From an uncultured Pseudomonadota bacterium (GTDB lineage Bacteria; Bdellovibrionota_C; UBA2361; CALMIO01), in contig CALMIO010000011.1 of assembly GCA_937864035.1 (NCBI GenBank), positions 13,957-77,956 of the forward strand: a stretch of DNA of 64,000 bases. The letters run 5' to 3'. The notes below the pieces were generated by a model. It had not been told where the DNA came from. It ran no database searches and was given only the letters and a program-made list of their open reading frames with translations. Positions within the stretch are counted from its first letter, which is position 1, and each line of letters starts with the position of its first letter. The translations under genes were made by a program, and so were the position numbers. Shown here piece after piece: positions 58,274-64,000 of the stretch.

Positions 58274-58486
58274 TAATATTACCAGCAAGTAGTAGTCCTG
58301 TTGTTTGTTTCAATGAGGCAAGTAGTATCTACCAAAAAGCTCTCTCCTAAAAAACAACAAAAAGTCCCTCAGGATAGATGGGTTAAAATAAAAATCCCTC
58401 AAAAAGTAAAAACTCTTACATACGGCAACCAACACTTTATATTAGGTTTTTTCTCTGTTACAGATTTTATAAGGAGAACCTAGCCA

Positions 58487-59434
58487 ATGAAGATAGTTGC
58501 TGACACAACCGATCAGCCCAATGTTTACCACATAGATCGAGATCAGCAACAATTTTTTCCAAAAATTTGCCAACCTAACGACGCTTCCCCCGGAAAAAAT
58601 ATCATACCTCTTCCACCACCAGAACAATTTCCAAGACTTTGGCGGGAACAATCAACAAGCAGATTAGATCAAATCATCTCTCTTCCACCAAGCTTTTCAA
58701 CTTTAAAAATTTCCGATCATCCGCAATTTAGTGGCAACAAATTTTTTAGTCTCTCAGAAACAATATTTGCCAGCGTTACCGAAAGAGCAATTACATTATT
58801 CATTCTAAAAACAATCACAGGATGGTCCCCAAAGCTTGGCGAAACGATACAAATTAAAAAGTTAGGTTTTGAATTTGATTTTGCCGGAGTCGCTCGAGAC
58901 GGCGTACCTTGGATTCTTGAATATCACGATCAAAGATTGCGAAAAACAATAGGCGATTGCTTCAGTACCGCCAACTGTCTTATTTCAAAACTAGATAAAA
59001 TTCAAAAAACAACCGAAAATATAAACATAAAAGAAAGATTGGCAAAAATGAAAAATGAAGTTATCTCTCTAAAAAGAAAACTATCCTTTTTAAGTAAAGA
59101 AAAAAGAGAGAAAACATACCGAAGAGGTAGAAAGAATATAGATAACGGAGATTATTATTCTGATTTCCGCAAAAAACTAGCTGAGATCTTATTTCCAAAG
59201 CATCGAATTTTTATAGCACGTAATGAAGAAGATCTGTTACAGATAATGCCTAAATTGGGTTTTTTGAAACACCCTTTCTCAAACAAAGGGAATCGACAAA
59301 GACTCTATAAGCAATTACATTTACAGGCCGCGGCAGAATCTCGCTTGCTCAGGGAAAAAATAGAGCTTTGGGAGAGCAAAAATCCAGAAGCGAGAATTAG
59401 CATTTCAATATCAGATGCCATTTGCAAACTGTAA
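58487..59434 (+). CDS. Hypothetical protein (315 aa, Lys/Arg-rich C-terminal half)
   Basis: Uninterrupted ORF with an RBS-like GGAGAACC upstream. No recognisable domain. Confidence 0.45.
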   Translation: MKIVADTTDQPNVYHIDRDQQQFFPKICQPNDASPGKNIIPLPPPEQFPRLWREQSTSRLDQIISLPPSFSTLKISDHPQFSGNKFFSLSETIFASVTERAITLFILKTITGWSPKLGETIQIKKLGFEFDFAGVARDGVPWILEYHDQRLRKTIGDCFSTANCLISKLDKIQKTTENINIKERLAKMKNEVISLKRKLSFLSKEKREKTYRRGRKNIDNGDYYSDFRKKLAEILFPKHRIFIARNEEDLLQIMPKLGFLKHPFSNKGNRQRLYKQLHLQAAAESRLLREKIELWESKNPEARISISISDAICKL

Positions 59435-59570
59435 TCCCAGTCAAAAAAAACAAAAGCTCACCTTCCGTTCTTAGATTTTCTAGCCCCTTTAAACTCGCAC
59501 CTTATAATGGTAATCTGCTCAGAATTGATATAGTTAATATTTAGTAGAAAATCAAAAGTTTTTATAATTT

Positions 59571-61352
59571 ATGAGAGAAGAATTTTTGAGTTCACGCTAC
59601 CGCACTCATCTCTGCAACCAACTTAGACTCAAAGACGCTGGACAAATGGTTACTCTTTCCGGCTGGATAGCCGCGAAACGTAACCATGGAGGAGTACTCT
59701 TTGTAGATCTGCGCGATCACTATGGAACAACCCAACTTGTTATTGGAGGAACTTTTATTGATAAAGTTGAGGGGCTACGGTTGGAATCAGTAATTCAAAT
59801 CACCGGCAAAGTTGTGAGCCGTCCTGAAAACTTGCGCAACCCAAAGCTCGAGACTGGCGAGATCGAAGTACAGATCGAGACCCTAAAGATCCTATCAACA
59901 GCAGAGCAGGTTCCTTTTCAGATCGCCGAAGAAGACAACGCTCCAGAAAGCTTAAGGCTTAAGTATCGCTTTCTGGAACTGCGACGAGCCGAACTACACA
60001 AAGCAATCAGCCTGCGCTCTCAAATCATCGCCGAAGCCAGAAAGATCATGCATCAGATGGGCTTTACAGAATTTCAAACCCCAATCTTAACAAGTAGCTC
60101 TCCAGAAGGAGCGCGGGATTTTTTGGTGCCATCAAGAGTGCATCCGGGGAAGTTTTTTGCCCTGCCTCAAGCGCCGCAACAATTCAAACAGCTTACAATG
60201 ATCGCTGGTTTCGATCGTTATTTTCAGATCGCTCCATGTTTTCGCGACGAAGATCCGCGAGCCGACAGATCGCCTGGAGAATTTTATCAGATAGATATGG
60301 AGATGTCTTTTGTCGAACAGGAGGACGTTTTCGCGGTCGGCGAAAAATTATTTTATGAACTTTTCAAAAAGTTTTCAAATTTCCCAGTTACCGTTCCACC
60401 ATTCCCAAAAATTACCTACGCCGACGCAATGCTTAAATACGGCACCGATAAACCAGACTTGCGAAATCCATTAAAAATAGAAGATTTAAGCGGTATATTC
60501 AAAAAGAGCCAGTTCGATCTCTTTAAATCAACTCTGCAAGCAGGCGGCGCGATCCGTGGTATCTCCTTAGATCTCGAAGAAGCTCCGCCTCGCAGTTTTT
60601 TCGATCGTTTGCAGGAAGAGTTCAAAAAAGAAAATATCGGAATCGGCTACGCTATATTTGACGGCACAGAAGCTCCCAAAGGCTCGCTTGCCAAATTCTT
60701 AACTCCGCCAGAAATATCTTACTTTCAAGACTCTCTCGAAGTTGCCAAAAAAAGAATTATCTTTGTCTCAGCAGGCCAAGAACAAAAAATTGCTAAAGCG
60801 CTTGGTAAATTGCGAATCAACCTTGGAGAACACTTTCAGTTGACCGGCAAAGAACGCTTTGAATTTTGCTGGATAGTCGATTTTCCGATGTACGAACTAG
60901 ATCCCGAAAACGGCCAAATTACCTTCTGCCACAACCCGTTTTCCATGCCGCAAGGGGGGCTAAAAACGCTTAATGAACAAGATCCACTCTCAATCAAAGC
61001 TTTTCAGTACGACATAGTGTGCAATGGCCACGAACTGAGCAGCGGAGCGATTCGCAATCACGATCCAGCAATAATGTATCGCGCCTTCGAGATTGCCGGC
61101 TATCCAGCCGAAGAGGTGCGCGCCAAATTCGGCGGTATGCTAAACGCCTTTTCATACGGCGCCCCACCACATGGAGGCATGGCGCCCGGCATAGACAGAA
61201 TAGTAATGCTGTTAGCTGGTAAAACCGCTATTCGCGACGTTATTCTCTTTCCAATGGCACAAACAGTCGAAGATCTAATGATGGGCGCTCCAAGCGAAGT
61301 GCCGGAAAAAGCCTTAAAAGAACTTTCAATTCAGGTCATTAAAAAAAATTAA
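59571..61352 (+). CDS. aspS: Aspartate--tRNA ligase (bacterial type, with GAD insertion domain)
   Basis: 593 aa. RTHLCNQLRL, LRDHYGTTQLVIG, class II motifs FRDE...R and GGMAPGIDRIVMLL. Confidence 0.95.
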   Translation: MREEFLSSRYRTHLCNQLRLKDAGQMVTLSGWIAAKRNHGGVLFVDLRDHYGTTQLVIGGTFIDKVEGLRLESVIQITGKVVSRPENLRNPKLETGEIEVQIETLKILSTAEQVPFQIAEEDNAPESLRLKYRFLELRRAELHKAISLRSQIIAEARKIMHQMGFTEFQTPILTSSSPEGARDFLVPSRVHPGKFFALPQAPQQFKQLTMIAGFDRYFQIAPCFRDEDPRADRSPGEFYQIDMEMSFVEQEDVFAVGEKLFYELFKKFSNFPVTVPPFPKITYADAMLKYGTDKPDLRNPLKIEDLSGIFKKSQFDLFKSTLQAGGAIRGISLDLEEAPPRSFFDRLQEEFKKENIGIGYAIFDGTEAPKGSLAKFLTPPEISYFQDSLEVAKKRIIFVSAGQEQKIAKALGKLRINLGEHFQLTGKERFEFCWIVDFPMYELDPENGQITFCHNPFSMPQGGLKTLNEQDPLSIKAFQYDIVCNGHELSSGAIRNHDPAIMYRAFEIAGYPAEEVRAKFGGMLNAFSYGAPPHGGMAPGIDRIVMLLAGKTAIRDVILFPMAQTVEDLMMGAPSEVPEKALKELSIQVIKKN

Positions 61353-61424
61353 AACCTCATGCCGATGGGCTCATATCATGCAATAAGATTGCATTATCTA
61401 TATCCATTAGCATTAAAATAATAT

Positions 61425-61815
61425 CTAGTTCTCCGTGAAAAGTTATTAGAAAGCTCAAGGAGAGTTGCGAAAAGGGATAAGAAATGTCCGGATATAATGC
61501 AAGGAAGTTGTCTGAAAGAGTATAAAACTTGCAAAAAAAATAAAGCCAAAAGAGTCGGAGATGCCTACAGGGATTGTTGTTTAAAAGAGAGTTAGAAAAA
61601 ACAGCAAGTCTTTACTGGCGCCGCTTGCAACCTTGCTCGTGTCCCGCGGCGAGCTGATTAAAATTTTAAATTACCTCTTTTTAAAGTAATTTTTTACTCA
61701 TATTGGGAATGTCTCGTCTCGAAAATAACTTTTTCACGGAATTTGCTAGAAACTTTGCCATGTTAATAAAACTTTACATTTTCAGTTCTCTGCTTAGAAA
61801 ATAAAAACATATTTC
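61425..61815 (+). repeat. Intergenic mosaic repeat, copy B
   Basis: Aligns with copy A over about 61445-61610 (TATAAT at 61493-61498) and 61700-61810, and with the reverse complement of copy C over about 61600-61815. No ORF. Confidence 0.65.
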
Positions 61816-61882
61816 TTAGAAGCAATAAGTATAATTCAAGCTCAAAGTCTCAAATCGGCACAACTTAACTCAGCAATAAAAA

Positions 61883-62521
61883 TCAACTCTCTTCAAAATC
61901 GTACTTGTAAATCGGATCAATCTCAGCGCCAGGCTCTAAAACCAAAAGCTCTCCTAAGAGGCCATTTTTTAAATTATAAACCCAGCCGTGAAGGTGTGGG
62001 CGAGAAGACTTTTTCCAAGCCTTCTGCACTATCGAGGTCGCGGCAATATTATGCACCTGCTCCTTAACGTTCAGCTCAACTAAACGATTAAGTCTCTGCT
62101 CTTCGTTGGTAATTGCTTCCAGCTCTTGGCGATGCGCTTTGAAAACATCTTTAATATTTCTTAGCCACTTATTAATAATCCCTAAATTTTTATGAGACAT
62201 CGCCGCCTTAACACCTCCACAACCGTAATGGCCACAAACAATAATATGCTCGACTTCTAAAACTTCAACCGCAAACTGCAAAACACTAATCAAGTTAAGA
62301 TCCGTGTGTACCACCAAATTGGCAACATTGCGATGAACGAAAAGTTCGCCGGGCGAAGCCCCCGTCACCTCTTCCGCCGGCACACGGCTATCAGAACAGC
62401 CAATCCATAAAAACTGCGGCCGCTGAACATGCTCCATCCGCGAAAAATAATCAGACCTTAAATCAACTTTCTCTTTCGCCCAAGCCTTATTGGTCAACAA
62501 AAGTTTTTTTTCAGCTCTCAT
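61883..62521 (-). CDS. Beta-class carbonic anhydrase
   Basis: 212 aa. CSDSRVP and HYGCGG zinc-ligand motifs. Confidence 0.9.
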   Translation of the reverse strand: MRAEKKLLLTNKAWAKEKVDLRSDYFSRMEHVQRPQFLWIGCSDSRVPAEEVTGASPGELFVHRNVANLVVHTDLNLISVLQFAVEVLEVEHIIVCGHYGCGGVKAAMSHKNLGIINKWLRNIKDVFKAHRQELEAITNEEQRLNRLVELNVKEQVHNIAATSIVQKAWKKSSRPHLHGWVYNLKNGLLGELLVLEPGAEIDPIYKYDFEES

Positions 62522-62552
62522 ATTTTTTTTACTTTAAAAAAAAATTAATCAA

Positions 62553-64000
62553 TTACAAGCCGGGTGGAGATAAAAATCCAAGAGATTTATGGCGCATGTT
62601 TTGCAAAGCAACTTTAATATCCCTATGCGAAGCCTGCTCGTTGAAATCAGCTATCACATCATAAATATCCCTATCTATAAACATTGCTCGACTGCCATCA
62701 ATCATCACAGAAGCGCCATCAGGTATCTTTCTTAGGGCTCGTTTTAACTCAGCTTTGTTGATAAAGGAGAGATCTTTATTAAACCTTAATAAAAACTCAG
62801 CGCCATCATTTACAAGCGAAATCGCGTCATGATGATTTGTCTTAAGTATAAAAAATAATCCAACACAAACCCCCACCATAACACCAGTTAAAAGATCGGT
62901 AAAAAGGATCGCTAAAAATGTCGCTACAAAAGGCAAAAATTGATCTAAACCACCTTTGTACATTTTTTTGATTAAACTTGGAGAAATTAAACGATAACCA
63001 ACAACCATCAAAATCGCCGAAAGAGCAGAAAGCGGGATTAAGTTCAAAGCCTTCGGAATAAGCAGAACACAAAAAAACAATAAAAATCCATGAATAATAG
63101 TAGAAAGTTTGGTGCGATTGCCTGCATAAATATTGGCTGAAGTCCTGATAATTACAGTCGTAATCGGCAACCCTCCAAGAAAGCCAGAGAGCATATTCCC
63201 AATTCCTTGCGCTCTCAACTCTTTATTAGTCGAAGTAATACGCTTATATCGATCTAGTTTGTCAGAAGCTTCAATTGCTAATAAAGATTCAATACTAGCA
63301 ACCAAGGCTAAAACTATACCCCAGAGCAAAATTTTCCCGTCAGCTATAAGAGCAAAATTCGGCCGATAGAAACCACCTCGGAGCTCCTCAAGTGAAGACA
63401 TAATCGGCAAATTAACATAAAAATCAGCATGCGTGGTTAGCCCTCTTTCCGGTAAATATAAATTAAAAAATTGATCAATAGATATCCCAAGGCAAACAGC
63501 TATCAATGAACCCGGAAGCAACCTAAACAAACCTCCACTTTTTTTTGCCATTAATTCCCAAAGAATAATTAACAACAAGCAACTTAGTGAAATTACTAGC
63601 GCCGTCTGATTATAAGAATGCAACGCTTGCGCAATAGCCGTAATCGAATTCTCACCATCTCCAATCTGCCAAAAACCAAGATCTCCCTCGTAATTCGTGT
63701 TCCTGCCAAGCGCTATCGGGATCTGTTTTAAAATTATTACAGCGCCAATCCCAGACAACATTCCCTTAATCACCGAATTTGGGAAAAACTCACCAACAGC
63801 GCCTAAGCGCAAAACTCCAAAAATTACTTGCAAGAAACCAGCTAAAATAACAGATAATAAAAAACCTTCAAACGTTCCGATCTCGCTGATTGCTTGGACG
63901 CAAATAACCGTTAACCCAGCCGCTGGTCCGCTAACGCTAACATGCGAACCAGACAAAACCCCTACCACGACCCCACCAACAACCCCAGCCACTATACCGG
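62553..64000 (-). CDS. SulP family anion transporter (sulfate/bicarbonate permease) with C-terminal STAS domain. Its N-terminus lies beyond the window end
   Basis: The TM core includes the SulP signature region (VSGPAAGLTVI...) and the C-terminal STAS (LLRFNKDLSFINKAELKRAL...MIDGSRAMFIDRDIYDVI). The ORF stays open through position 64000. Confidence 0.85.
   Translation of the reverse strand, partial: GIVAGVVGGVVVGVLSGSHVSVSGPAAGLTVICVQAISEIGTFEGFLLSVILAGFLQVIFGVLRLGAVGEFFPNSVIKGMLSGIGAVIILKQIPIALGRNTNYEGDLGFWQIGDGENSITAIAQALHSYNQTALVISLSCLLLIILWELMAKKSGGLFRLLPGSLIAVCLGISIDQFFNLYLPERGLTTHADFYVNLPIMSSLEELRGGFYRPNFALIADGKILLWGIVLALVASIESLLAIEASDKLDRYKRITSTNKELRAQGIGNMLSGFLGGLPITTVIIRTSANIYAGNRTKLSTIIHGFLLFFCVLLIPKALNLIPLSALSAILMVVGYRLISPSLIKKMYKGGLDQFLPFVATFLAILFTDLLTGVMVGVCVGLFFILKTNHHDAISLVNDGAEFLLRFNKDLSFINKAELKRALRKIPDGASVMIDGSRAMFIDRDIYDVIADFNEQASHRDIKVALQNMRHKSLGFLSPPGL

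Overview
This 64-kb window is chromosomal DNA from a moderately AT-rich Gram-negative (diderm) bacterium. It is densely packed with housekeeping and envelope-biogenesis genes and uses the standard genetic code.

**Recognisable genes**
- Central metabolism and translation: acyl-CoA carboxyltransferase (PccB/MmdA-like), enolase, thiolase, SAH hydrolase (ahcY), aspS.
- Lipoprotein and outer-membrane machinery: lnt, a LolA-like carrier, an OmpA-family lipoprotein, and the cpoB-pal-tolB cluster on the minus strand.
- Lipid A / Kdo pathway, spread over three loci: lpxB, the msbA-waaA-lpxK-glycosyltransferase block, and an LpxL-family acyltransferase.
- Two conserved minus-strand translation clusters: rpsB-tsf-pyrH-frr-uppS and rimP-nusA-ylxR-infB.
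- Also murD-ftsW, rluD-pgeF-ribF, a Kef-type antiporter, a type IV pilin-like gene, one tRNA (CAU anticodon), and a beta-carbonic anhydrase beside a partial SulP transporter.

**Main unexplained signals**
1. A family of related non-coding sequence modules (about 200-570 bp) fills four of the long intergenic regions, around 8.3-8.9 kb, 14.9-15.5 kb, 35.6-35.9 kb and 61.4-61.8 kb. Copies occur in both orientations, carry a conserved TATAAT box, and contain hairpins with compensatory base changes. This is a candidate novel ncRNA or miniature non-autonomous element family.
2. Two tandem paralogous genes (39868-43786, minus strand) encode signal-peptide-bearing proteins built from roughly 57-residue all-alpha repeats. 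Their upstream promoter regions are nearly identical.
3. Two divergent, minimal sigma-70-family paralogs sit head to head. One is translationally coupled to a small acidic, lysine-rich ORF that may be an anti-sigma factor.
4. A 23-codon poly-lysine micro-ORF has a perfect ribosome-binding site and a terminator, and lies next to a 19-bp perfect palindrome.

No CRISPR array, rRNA gene, transposase or integrase was seen.
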